NCBI RefSeq assembly: GCF_006345805.1
Contig: NC_043014.1
Coordinates: 39,432,001 to 39,496,000, forward strand
DNA length: 64,000 bases
From: Octopus sinensis
Lineage: Eukaryota
Reading direction: 5' to 3'
A program made the translations under genes and the position numbers. This document shows, piece by piece, positions 1 to 11,115 of the stretch. Position 1 is the stretch's first letter. Each line of letters starts with the position of its first letter. The notes under the pieces are model-generated. The model had not been told where the DNA came from. It ran no database searches and was given only the letters and a program-made list of their open reading frames with translations.

Positions 1-334
1 CGAATTTTAACCAATCCTATGCTCTCTTTTGAGCTAAAATCATTTGCTGCGTCTAAAACTGAGACAACATCCTGTCACTAACCCTAAACCTCCCCCTAAC
101 CTTAACCCTAACCCTAATTTTTTTTTCTTAATTGTTAAATTAATTTAATTGTTACGCGTGTAAAAAAAAACGAAAGCAGTGGAAAATAATTTAAACAATT
201 AACAAACAAAATAATTCTATAATTTTATACACACGCTTTCCGTAACACACACATTCTACCAGTATACGAAGTTTAAAACTTTTTAGTTTCCTAGAAATTA
301 TGTTACAAATTGCCGTTCAAAAGGAAAAGATCCC
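1..334. mobile_element. Partial MITE with internal (CCCTAA)-like repeats (relative of 4153-4569 and 28596-29044)
   Basis: Ends in ttgccgttcaaaaggaaaagatccc, similar to the TIR of the other copies; shares the cacattctaccag.atacgaagtttaaaa subterminal segment and ccctaa repeats. Confidence 0.6.
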
Positions 335-1005
335 TTATTTTATCGACTCAAAATATTCAAACGCTGAGAAACAAACAATTCGAGGACTAGTTTTACCATC
401 AAATGTTAGAACCCAAACTAAGTTGTAAATGTGCGTGATAACAGAGGCAAACAAATTTTCTATTCTCATTGTTTATTGAATGGATTCACAGGTTCAGTTC
501 GGTCGGAACTTTACTCTTTTCTCCTTTGTTCTTTTCCCCCATAATGTTATTGGAACTGTAACGAGAACCAAGCCTAGATTCGAACCATAGTCCTTGTTGT
601 GTGTAGTTTGGGTTCTAATGGGATAGACAACCAAATGAAAACCATTGTTATTATTACGTGTTTATTGACTATTCATGATACACGGACGACGACATTCAGC
701 GTAGTAATACATTATATACTTTACACACAGTTTGTACTATTCACTACAAAATAGTGCCAAGAGTGGGGATGCACGTATACACAGATATGAATGTGTAACA
801 GTCCTCAGATTTTTTCAGTCTAGAATCACGACCCTATTTCCATAAAAGAAAAAGAGTCACCCTAAAAGGTATAAACACATACACGAATGTAGTGTCATCA
901 TTTAGCACTGGCTGAAGCTGCAACTTCGGAGGAAGCGTACAAATTTTCTTGCCAAATGGATTCTAGAACCTTCTGGGCCGATAAATATATGAACTATGGT
1001 TCCTT

Positions 1006-2067
1006 AAGGCAGCGGGATGACAGAATCGTTAGCACGCCGAGCAAAATGCGTAGTGGCATTTTATTTATCTTTAAAGGGCGGCGAGCTGGCAGAATCGTTA
1101 GCACGCCGGGCGAAATGCGTAGCCGTATTTCGTCTGCCGTTACGTTCTGAGTTCAAATTCCGCTGAGGTCGACTTTGCGTTTCATCCTTTCGGGGTCGAT
1201 AAATAAAGTACCAGTTACGCACTGGGGTCGATATAATCGACTTAATCCGTTTGTCTGTCCTTGTTTGTCCCCTCTGCGTGTAGCCCCTTATGGGTAGTAA
1301 AGAAATAGGTATTTCGTCTGACGTTACGTTCTGAGTTCAAATTCCGCCGAGGTCGACTTTGCCTTTCATCCTTTCGGGGTCGATAAATAAAGTACCAGTC
1401 ATACACTGGGGTCGATATAATCGACTTAATCCGTTTGTCTGTCCTTGTTTGTCCTCTGTGTATAGCCCCTTGTGGGTAGTAAAGAAATAGTATTTCGTCT
1501 GTCGTTACGTTCTGAGTTCAAATTCCACCGAGGTCGACTTTGCCTTTCATCCTTTCGGGGTCGATAAATAAAGTACCAGTTACGCACTGGGGTCGATATA
1601 ATCGACTTAATCCGTTTGTCTTCTGTGTATAGCCCCTTGTGGGTAGTGTTGTTGTGTATTGAGTATTAAAGGAAGTAGTGAGTACTTAGTATGAAAGATT
1701 AAGAAAATGAGAGAGACTGAAAAAACGTGTTAACGATACGAGATACTTTATTAGACTGCCGTTGTTGTACAAGATATTTGTTGTGGCGGGAAACTTACTG
1801 AATGTCCTTGTATCAAGGGAGACAATGGGCAACGTTGATTGTTCATGTTTGTTGTGATGATTACATAACAGGTAGTAAAGAAATAGGTATTTCGTCTGTC
1901 GTTACGTTCTGAGTTCAAATTCCACCGAGTCGACTTTGCCTTTCATCCTTTCGGGATCGATAAATAAAGTACCAGTCATACACTGGGATCGATGTAATCG
2001 ACTTAATCCGTTTGTCTGTCCTTGTTTGTCCTCTCTGTGTTTAGCCCCTTGTGGGTAGTAAAGAAAT
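1006..2067 (+). mobile_element. Multimeric tRNA-derived SINE (family A; central domain resembles the Meta/Sauria-type domain): duplicated head plus four tandem bodies
   Basis: Repeated ~180-bp body gttctgagttcaaattcc...gactttgcctttcatcctttcggggtcgataaa...gtaaagaaata, flanked by the 21-bp direct repeat atatatgaactatggttcctt (985-1005, 2068-2088). Confidence 0.85.
1647..1870 (-). mobile_element. Solo LTR (BEL/Pao-like termini) inserted into a SINE tail
   Basis: TGTT...AACA termini, 5-bp TSD GGTAG (1642-1646, 1871-1875), AATAAA on the minus strand, 224 bp; the SINE tail resumes after it. Confidence 0.7.
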
Positions 2068-2648
2068 ATATATGAACTATGGTTCCTTCTTTGGAACAAA
2101 AGTTTAAAATAATAGAACTAAATGTAATCACGTTTCAACTCCGTCTCTAAAACAATACTGATAAGTCTACAAAAAGATTTTCAAAAAGAATGCTGTTATA
2201 CAATAGCCCATCCGATTTTAGTACCAAAGACCAAAGTAAAACGTTATATAAGGAAACAAAGTGTACTTTATACTTATTCTGAATTTTTTAAAAAATGTAC
2301 ATAGATAATCGTTGAATACTTTCTAATAGCAGAGGCTATATTGAAAAATGTTCAAATGTTATGCTTGCGCTCGTGTAAACAACACAAGCAAAAATAAACA
2401 AAAACGTGGAGATATTTTTTCGTCTGGAGAAACGAAGATAGATTTAAAGTGCCGTGTTAAGTAATTTAAATTTATACACGCAGTTCTTTTCGACAATCCC
2501 AGGTTAATTGTGTATATTGAATATGGGAAACAATACAGATAAAATAGATGAATTTTCATACAGGTACATAGCAAGGGTCAAGTGGGGGGCCCGACACGAG
2601 TGATGCCTTTATGGGAGGGCACCAAAGTGAAAGGCTGTACATCACGGA

Positions 2649-2679
<31 letters not shown>

Positions 2680-2705
2680 ATGTATGTATGTATGTATGTA
2701 TGTAT

Positions 2706-3112
2706 ACTCTTTTACTCCTTTACTTGTTTCAGTCATTTGACTGTGGCCATGCAAATTAGTCGAGCAAATCAACCCCAGGACTTATTCTTTGTAAGCCTAG
2801 TACTTGTTTTCTCGGTCTCTTTTGCTGAACCGCTAAATTACGAGAACGTAAACACACCTGCATCGGTATCAAGCGATGTTGGGGAGACAAGCACAGACGT
2901 AGAAACATATACACACACACGTACACATATATATACACATACATATATACGACGGGCTTCTTTCAGTTTCCGTCTACCAAATCCACTCACAAGGCTTTGG
3001 TCGGCCCGAGGCTATAGTAGAAGACACTTGCCCAAGGTGCCACGCAGTGGGACTGAACCCGGAACCATGTGGTTGGTAAGCAAGCTACTTACCACACAGC
3101 CGCTCCTACGCC
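2706..3112 (-). mobile_element. tRNA-derived SINE family B (internal TA/CA microsatellite, AAAGAGTA-type tail)
   Basis: Minus-strand head ggcg.aggag.ggctgtgtggtaagtagc...ggttccgggttcagtccc, then ccttgggcaagtgtcttc; near-identical copies recur across the window. Confidence 0.85.
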
Positions 3113-3398
3113 TATGTATATATATATATATATATATATATAAGCTACAAAGTCACGCACCATGGAAGATATCAAATAGGCTTTATTACCAATGAAGTAG
3201 GTATTCCATTACAATAGTTCAAAGTGTTGGCCATGTAGCTCTAAACAAGTGTTCATACGGAATTTGAAATTGTGATGAACCCTCTCGAATAGCTCTTCAT
3301 TGCCGTTGACTTGTTGTTCACGTGCTTCAATAATTCTTTGAAGCTGTCCTTGGTCACGAATCTTTTCAGTATACGCAAGGGATTTAATGTAGCCCCCC

Positions 3399-3775
3399 TT
3401 GTGGTTAGGGCAGTGGTTAGGGCAGTGGACTCGCGGTCATAGGATCGCGGTTTCGATTCCCAGACCGGGCGTTGTGAGTGTTTATTAAGCGAAAACACCT
3501 AAAGCTCCACGAGGCTCCGGCAGAGGATGGTGGTGATCCCTGCTGTACTCTTTCACCACAACTTTCTCTCACTCTTACTTCCTGTTTCTGTTGTACCTGT
3601 ATTTCAAAGGGCCGGCCTTGTCACTATCTGTGTCACGCTGAATATCCCCGAGAACTACGTTAAGGGTACACGTGTCTGTGGAGTGCTCAGCCACTTACAC
3701 GTTAATTTCACGAGCAGGCTGTTCCGTTGATTCGGATCAACCGGAACCCTCGTCGTCGTAACCGACGGAGTGCTT
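3399..3775 (+). mobile_element. tRNA-derived SINE family C
   Basis: Head gtggttagggcag.ggactcgcggtcataggatcgcggtttcgattccc with A/B-box-like motifs; head and body match 50953-51140. Confidence 0.8.
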
Positions 3776-3779
3776 CCAT

Positions 3780-4010
3780 CCAAATGTAGCCCCAGAAGAA
3801 AAAAAGTCCACTGGTGATCGTGGTGCCCATTAATTGGCTCGTGACACCTGAGCCATCTTCCTGGAAAATGTTCATTCAGAAAACCACGAACTTGTAATGC
3901 ATAATAGGGCCAAGCCCCATCCTGCTGAAACCAGACAGGATTTCCCCTTCCAAGTGAATGCACGTGAGGCATTATCTTGTTGCCAAACATGTCCAGATAC
4001 GAATCACCTG
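3780..4010 (-). mobile_element. Tc1/mariner-superfamily transposase fragment (catalytic region), frameshifted
   Basis: WFQQDGAWPYYALQVRGFLNEHFPGRW followed by a degraded WPPRSPD..FFL.G-like segment. Confidence 0.75.
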
Positions 4011-4152
4011 TTACAGAGCCAGGGGTTGTAAATAATTGATTGGAACCTTTCCAGTCAATTATTTTCCTAGCAATCAGTTAATTTTAATTGGGATACAGGT
4101 CAATCAATTATTGCAATTAATTGTCAATTATTTGGCCGAACATAAAAACAAG

Positions 4153-4569
4153 AGGATCTTTTCGGTTTGAACGGCAGTTTTTAAAAATAATTTCCACGTA
4201 ACTAAACACTTTTAAACTTCGTATAATGGTAGAATGTGTTAATAAAACATCTTTTTCTCTTGGCTTTATTGAGAAAATTCTATAGTTTGTAACATATTTG
4301 TTGTTTTTTTCCTTCAATTTCTGCAATTTCAACCAATCACTGACATCTATTGAGGTGAAAACATTCTGTGCCGTATGAATATGTCCCTCGTTTAAGAAAG
4401 ATTGGGTTTATTTACATTTCTAAAGAAAAAAAGATACCCTTCCCCCCACACCAAACCCTAACCCTAAAACAGATTGAAATGCAATAGATCGATACTAGGA
4501 TCATAATTATGGGTGACAATTTCATATGACACCGCGAGAAAAAACTGCCGTCCAAACCGAAAAGATCCA
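4153..4569. mobile_element. MITE with ~28-bp TIRs and internal CCCTAA repeats
   Basis: ggatcttttcggtttgaacggcagttttt ... aaaaaactgccgtccaaaccgaaaagatcc; reverse-complement homologue of 28596-29044. Confidence 0.8.
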
Positions 4570-4890
4570 AACACCTTATATTTGTAGTGTTAGCTTCGAT
4601 TTAGATAAGAGCCAAAATGATAGGAAAATAAAAGGCACGTCCTATAGTTTCAAAAAACTTAATTATCAGAAAACGTTCAAAGGTCAATTTTATTGATTTA
4701 GAATAGGGAACAAACAAGGTGTATACTCTACATTGTACTGTAGTTGAAAAACAAATAAATTGAAGGTCCTTAATTGAAAGAGTTTCTCAAACGAGTAGCG
4801 CGATTAAAATGTTCTAATACAGCGAAAGGTCATGGACGATTACAGATTTATGAAACTAAGTATTGCAGGGTGGTGCGTGACTTTATGGCC

Positions 4891-4931
<41 letters not shown>

Positions 4932-4996
4932 GTTAAAATGAGAAAACAAAGCCAAGGCAGTGTGAAATTTCTAGGACATTTATAAAGAGAAAGGTA

Positions 4997-5044
4997 GTCT
5001 TACAGCTGTTTCTGGGATGTCAGGGATATCCCTTCATCAGAGAC
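4997..5044 (-). ncRNA. Minimal type I hammerhead-ribozyme motif in a Penelope-like pLTR relic
   Basis: Minus strand: GTCT CTGATGA AGGGATATCCCTGACATCCCA GAAA CAGCTG TA AGAC. Intact core, palindromic stem III ACAGCUGU, GUA site, 4-bp stem I. Confidence 0.7.
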
Positions 5045-5092
5045 AATATGAGAGAGTTAAATAGAGGGAAATAACAGAGTTCAATAGAAGAT

Positions 5093-6720
5093 TTATGAAA
5101 CTAAGAAAGTGCGATTGACTTTTAGAAACGATTGCATTTCTAAATTAATTGGTGTTAAGTATTGCCGAAAATCATTAAAAACATAATCTGCTGAGCTGAA
5201 GAAATATTTCAAGATGCTGGACATTGGTAACAAAAACCTATTGTTCAGATATTGCTGAGGTGAAATTTTATCGTTTTTGTGTTTTTTCAAACAACTTGAA
5301 GTAAAATCATCATCTTCTACAGGTAAGTCAGACTGTTGTGACGCGTCTGTCATCACTTTCGGCTGATGTAGAGAGCAGCCACTTCATCTGCAGTTAGCTC
5401 CGTTTCTGCATTTTGTAAAATTTTCACAACTCTACTTTCAAAATTTGGGCTGTGCACAATGGCTGCTAATGGAAGCAAATATTTTTTAAAACTTCTTGTA
5501 AGGAAGCAATGCGAGAATTTCATCAGAAAGAATTCGAGCAGCTCCCACATCTATTTCTGTTCTTTGCAAAGCGACTGTTACTGAGCGTAACTTTCTTAAA
5601 CTGTCTTTTAGAGTCTGCAGAACTTTATATGATCGCGTGGAGTCAACAGCTGGCAGAAACGTTAGCACGCCGGACGAAACGCTTAGCGGTATTTCGTCTG
5701 CCGTTACGTTGTGAGTTCAAATTCCGCCGAGGTCGATTTTGCCTTTCATCCTTTCGGGGTCGATAAATTAAGTACAAGTTACGCACTGGGTTCGATGTAA
5801 TCGAGTTAATCCCTTTGTCTGTCCTTGTTTGTCCTCTCTGTGTTTAGCCCCTTGTGGGTAGTAAAGAAAAAGGTATTTCGTCTGTCGTTACGTTGTGAGT
5901 TCAAATTCCGCCGAGGTCGACTTTGCCTTTCATCCTTTCGGGGTCGATAAATTAAGTACCAGTTACGCACTGGGTTCGATGTAATCGAGTTAATCCCTTT
6001 GTCTGTCCTTGTTTGTCCTCTCTATGTTCAGCCCCTTGTGGGCAGTAAAGAAATAAAATAATCAACCAGCTTTGGATCGCCCTGAAAAGAGTCTAAAAAC
6101 GGCTTGAGTTGGATGTACCTCTCGATCATGTCATAAATACTGGACCAACGGGTTTTATTTCTTTTTATAGGTTGCAAAGTTGTTTTTTCCCCGAAGTTTA
6201 CCCGCAAGTTTTAATGGTTTTAGCTTGCCCATCAACATATTAATTTTATCAAGCAGAACTTCCTGCTTGTCGAGATAAGCAAAAACAGCTAGATTGAATT
6301 TATGAGAGGCACATCCAATCAATGGTAATCTACACAAATTCGCTATAGATTTGTTCACTTCAGTATTATCTCCGGTAATAACTACAACTTTTCCTCAATT
6401 TTTGTTATAGATACTTAATACTCTATAATTCGACATAATCAGAAGCAGTGAATTATTATTCACTTATCATTGGCGAAAATGCCAAACAAAACAGTACAAT
6501 AGTCATTTTGATAATTGCCCGAATAAAGTGCAAAAAGTCCAATGAAATACGTCGAAGCTTTAGTCCAACCGTCGGTTACCAGCGAAAATTTACTTGGAAG
6601 TTCATCAGATATTTTCTTTTCCACATTTTAGACCAAGCAACTGACCAAACTACTTATTGGTGAAAGAGAACTCGATAAAGATGGTTGTCCAGCTGCTTGT
6701 GTAGTAGAATACTCTGGATG
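5093..6720 (-). pseudogene. Degraded hAT transposase, interrupted by a SINE dimer
   Basis: Motifs in order: FSLVTDGWT, GDN, LIGCASHKFNLAV (CxxH), NKTRWSS, AAIVHSPNFES and the C-terminal RFLLP.S...FS.A...LEMQ.FL. Stops and frameshifts are present. Confidence 0.85.
5648..6056 (+). mobile_element. SINE family A, head plus two tandem bodies
   Basis: Same head and body as 1006-2067; splits the hAT reading frame. Confidence 0.85.
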
Positions 6721-6786
6721 TTGTTTTTTTTATGTGATCCATACGATTTGTCCATCCACTTCCTTTTTTCTGGGCCAACATTTTCC

Positions 6787-7221
6787 GGTAAAATTACAGA
6801 TTAACACCCGCACGATTTTCACTAAGAAAAAAAAAACTCGGATTTTTTGCGTGGAATCAAGTATGCTCCTAATATGCTGCAAATCCCATATTTTGGTTCG
6901 GAATTGGTCCGGCGGGGGGGGGGGGGGAATCCCCCCGGAATTTTCACACAAAAAATAACTCTGATTTTTTGCGTGGAATCAAGTACTCTGACCTCGTAAT
7001 ATGCTGTAAATCCCATATTTGGGTTTCGAAGGGTGGAGGAAGCTTGATTTTTTGTGTGTTAAAATTCCGGGGGGGGGGGACCCCCTCCGGACCAATTCCG
7101 AACCAAAATATGGGATTTGCAGCATATTAGGAGGTCAGGGTACTTGATTCCACGCAAAAAATCCGAGTTTATTTTTTTTTTCTTAGTGAAAATCGTGCGG
7201 GTGTTAATCTGTAATTTTACC
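6787..7221. mobile_element. Foldback/MITE-like element with ~165-bp TIRs
   Basis: GGTAAAATTACAGATTAACACCCGCACG... mirrored by ...CGTGCGGGTGTTAATCTGTAATTTTACC; flanks cattttcc / catttacc (7 of 8 match). Confidence 0.75.
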
Positions 7222-7258
7222 CATTTACCAACACTTGCATTTCCATACATGTTCGCTG

Positions 7259-7342
7259 TCTGTTTGGTTAAAATATTTGTCTGTTTGGTTAAAATATTTG
7301 TCTGTTTGGTTAAAATATTTATATGTTTGGTTAAAATATTTG
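7259..7342. repeat. 21-bp tandem repeat, ~4 copies
   Basis: Unit tgtttggttaaaatatttgtc. Confidence 0.9.
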
Positions 7343-7504
7343 CTCGTTTTCACGCGGCATGGGTTAGTTTAAAATAAAAGATATTTCGCTACAGTTTAAA
7401 ATAGAAGATATTTCGCCACTCCACTGAAGAGAGTCTGAATCAGTTAATATGTTGGAGCGGAATTCAAGATACAACCGCGTTACAGGCGAAGTTACGATTT
7501 GAGA

Positions 7505-7820
7505 CAGAATGTGTGAATCATTCTCGATAGTCAGAATGTGCAATCACTCGACAGCGATAATTTGACAATATACACAATAGCCAATGCCCAAACACGTCAG
7601 AATGCGTGAATCATTCTCGGCAGTCCTAAACCAATAGTCAACACTCGACATCGGTTATTTGACAACATACACAATAACCAATTCCGAAGCATGATAGAAT
7701 GTGTATCATTCTCAGCAGTCCGAATCAAGAATCAACACTTGACAACATACACAATAGTCAATTCCTAAGCCTGACAGAATGTGTGAAAAATTCCCAGCAG
7801 TCAGAACAAAGCGTCAACAC
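7505..7820. repeat. Diverged ~80-97-bp tandem repeat (4 units); a 147-bp part is copied at 9133-9279
   Basis: Recurring agaatgtgtgaatcattctc.cagtc and gacaacatacacaata motifs. Confidence 0.75.
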
Positions 7821-7835
7821 AGTATCTCAGATAAG

Positions 7836-8089
7836 GAATTACAACCGTGTTTCGTGGTCTGCTACCACAACAGCTCCTTTATAGGATCCAGTTAGCTTAA
7901 GGAGCTGTTGTGGTAGCAGACCACGAAACACGGTTGTAATTCTCTGGATCTTTCCTTCTCCTATGTTTCCGACGAAGAGCTCCGCTCGAAACGTTAAACC
8001 CTCCTTCTTTCCTAAGCGTCCAATAATGCTATATTTGTTCCACGTCCTCGCGTTGTTGTGTTTTTTTGTGCTTTCTTGTTTGGATTAAC

Positions 8090-8090
<1 letters not shown>
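7836..8090 (+). mobile_element. Penelope-like pLTR relic with a 5' inverted duplication and a hammerhead-like motif (7965-7999)
   Basis: Perfect 44-bp inverted arms (7836-7879, 7899-7942), then gttt CCGACGA a gagc tcc gctc GAAA cgtt aaac; the downstream part matches 35396-35545 and runs into (TA)n. Confidence 0.65.
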
Positions 8091-8186
<96 letters not shown>

Positions 8187-9349
8187 TTCAAGGGGTAGCA
8201 AGTTCAAAGAAGCTACTTAGAATAAAGAATTTGAATTTAAGCGTGAAACTGAATAAATATTCATTCCATAAACATTAGTCCAACAAAATATATTTTGTTG
8301 AACTAACGATTATAGATAAACAGACAGATTGATAGACGGACAGGAATCAATTCATCTCTTCCATAACTGTTTCTCTGTTCTCCTTCTTAAATTTTGATTA
8401 AGGTTTTAATATCATTTTTGACTACTATGATGATCAATCAGGTTCTTTTACTTGTTTCAGTCATTTGACTACGGCCATGCTGGAGCACCGCCTTTAGTTG
8501 AGCAAATCGACCCCAGGACTTACTCTTTGCAAGCCTAGTACTTATTCTATCGGTCTCTTTTGCCAAACCGCTAAGTTACGGGAACATAAACACACCAGCA
8601 TCAGTTGTCAAGCGATGTTGAGGGGACAAACACACAAGCACATACATATATATACGACGGGCTTCTTTCAGTTTCTGCCTACCAAATCCACTCACAATGC
8701 TTTTTATGTTTCTAATTAATTAGAGAATTAGAATTATTATAAATTTCTTTTCTTATTTAATTAACTCTACTTGTCAAGAACTGGGAGTTGATGTAATCGA
8801 CCTCCAGCTTCCCCTCAAAAACTAATAGCCTTGTGCCAAAATTTGAAACCATAATCAAATAAATTAAGGCTGTAAGCTGGCAGAATTGTTGACGTTCTTA
8901 GAGAAACTTCATCCAAGTTCAAATTTTGTTGAGGTTGACTTTGCCTTTCGCCCTTTCAGAATTGATAAAATAACAGCATCTAAGTACTGGGGTCGATATA
9001 ATCAACAAGCCCCCTCTCAAAATTTCTGTCTTTGTGCTTAAAATAGAAAGCATTATTAAATAAATCGTTTTCAACTCCAGTGATTTTAATGGTGAGTAAA
9101 TTTAACCATAGTAACTTGAATCCAAAATAAATCAACATACACAATAACCAATTCCGAAGCATGATAGAATGTGTATCATTCTCAGCAGTCCGAATCAAGA
9201 ATCAACACTTGACAACATACACAATAGTCAATTCCTAAGCACGACAGAATGTGTGAAAAATTCCCAGCAGTCAGAACAATATCAAACAACATGAATTTAA
9301 CCTTTTTTGTTACCATTTTTCTGCTGAAATATGCTTCCCTTTGCTGTAA

Positions 9350-9565
9350 CCCTTTTGCATTTAAACCAGCCAAATTTGGCCCGAAAATTCTTCCTGTTTC
9401 ATATTCAAACTGACCAGATCCAGTGTTTCAAATCTACACCACTACATTATTCTAAAAATAATCACATCACCGAAATCTCAAAGCTACGAGACAATGCATG
9501 ATTAATTCAAAATAACGTGAATAAATAAGGATTACATTTAACAGAGGAATCAGAATGCCAAAGGG
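9350..9565. mobile_element. piggyBac-like MITE nested in a related element
   Basis: CCCTTTTGCATT...AATGCCAAAGGG followed by TTAA. Confidence 0.55.
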
Positions 9566-9877
9566 TTAATTAATTTTGAAAATAATGCAGAAATTAGTAA
9601 AAATAGCTGTTTTGTTTTTAGCTTGGTGATTAGAACATGAAATTTTGATGGAAGATTTCAACTAAGATCACTTTAAACCATTGAGTTTATATCTTCAAAT
9701 CATGGATGGTCTCAGTAGTATAAGATATTTTAGCACATCCAATTTGTCACAAGCATCTTGGTGTCACCTGTTATTTGGTATCACTGATTTGATGCTGACC
9801 TGTTTGGCATGAGATGTTTTTAATGTTTCTCTCATTCTCTCTCTCTCTGTTTATGTCGTGTCTTTCTTTCTTCTTGT

Positions 9878-10206
9878 GACCCCCTTCGGTCATGGCTGAC
9901 CATGGGCTTGCACCTGGAAGGTTACCCTCCAAGGCACAAGTCTGAGCAAGGTTGTTTATGGAATACCAGCAGTCACCCATGCATACCGGCCTCCCTTCTC
10001 CACGCTACCAGTGTTATCCAAGGGAAAAGCAAAGGCCGATACAGCTTGGCACCTGTGACGTCGCAACTCATTTCTACAGCTGAGTGAACTGGAGCAACGT
10101 GAAATAAAGTGTCTTGCTCAAGAACACAACACACAGCCTGATCCGAGATTCGAACTCACAACCTCACGATCGTAAGCTCGATGCTCTAACCACTGAGCCA
10201 TGCGCC
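9878..10206 (-). mobile_element. tRNA-derived SINE family D
   Basis: Minus-strand head ggcgcatggctcagtggttagagc...gagttcgaatc, then cttgagcaagacactt; copies at 26869-27189 (-) and 59218-59550 (+). Confidence 0.85.
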
Positions 10207-10677
10207 TTCTCTGTTTATGTATTTTCTCTTTGTGCATATGAGAAGGGCATCCAGCTGTAGAAATTCTGCCAGATCGAGATTTGAACCTGGTGCAGCCATC
10301 TGGTTTGCCAGTCCTCAGTCAAATCGTCCAACCCATGCTAGCATGGAAAGCAGACGTTAAACAACAATGATGATGATGAGGAGGAGGAGGAGGAGAAAAA
10401 ATGCTTATGTTGGCTTTATTCAATTAATAAATTGTAATGTCTATATTTCACCCTTTCTTTCTTTCACTCTTTCTATCTGTACATCTATATATTTATATGT
10501 CTGTATTCATGCATGTGTGTGTGTGTGTGACTTTGCCTCCAGCATAAAAAAGTATAGTCATCAAAGCAAGTTGAATATTCAGTGAGCCAAACCAAATTGT
10601 CAGCATTCAAACAGCTGCATCATCCCATTCCATTGTCTCAGGTAGTTTGGTATCAAAAGGGTTAAAGTCGAAACTTG

Positions 10678-11074
10678 TTAACCCTTTTGTTACCATATTT
10701 ATGTTGAAATAAACTGCTTTAATTTCAATTAATTTCAAAAATAAAAAAAAATTTAGTTAAACACTTTGCTGTTATTAAGCTGGTGTTTGGAACATAAATT
10801 TTAGTATTTAAAGCCGGCCCAAATATTTTATCTATTTTATGTTCAAAGTGGCCAGATCAGGCCTCTCATACCAACACTACAATATCATTCTAAAAATAAA
10901 CAATTACATCATCAAAATCTTAAATAAATGTAAATATATAATTATGCTGTTACATAATAAAGATGATTGCCCATCAAAACATTTCATTGGCAGTAAAAAC
11001 ATTGTTGATAGCCAGACAACTGGCAGAGAGCTTACCTGTAAGCTCTTTTTGATTCTTTGAATCTCTAATCCTGT

Positions 11075-11115
<41 letters not shown>

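Noticed and set aside
406-618. 15-bp inverted repeat ttagaacccaaacta / tagtttgggttctaa
   Set aside because: Too short, with no TSD and no second copy to define an element.
2611-3195. 194-aa ORF with a hydrophobic stretch
   Set aside because: It is antisense read-through of a SINE family B copy plus microsatellite; similar peptides recur at every copy.
3399-3475. tRNA-like sequences here and at other SINE heads
   Set aside because: They run straight into SINE bodies, are multi-copy and degenerate, and do not give complete cloverleaves.
7420-7460. ctcca CTGAAGA...tggag hammerhead-like arrangement
   Set aside because: GAAA is replaced by GAAT, there is no stem II, and the spacing is wrong.
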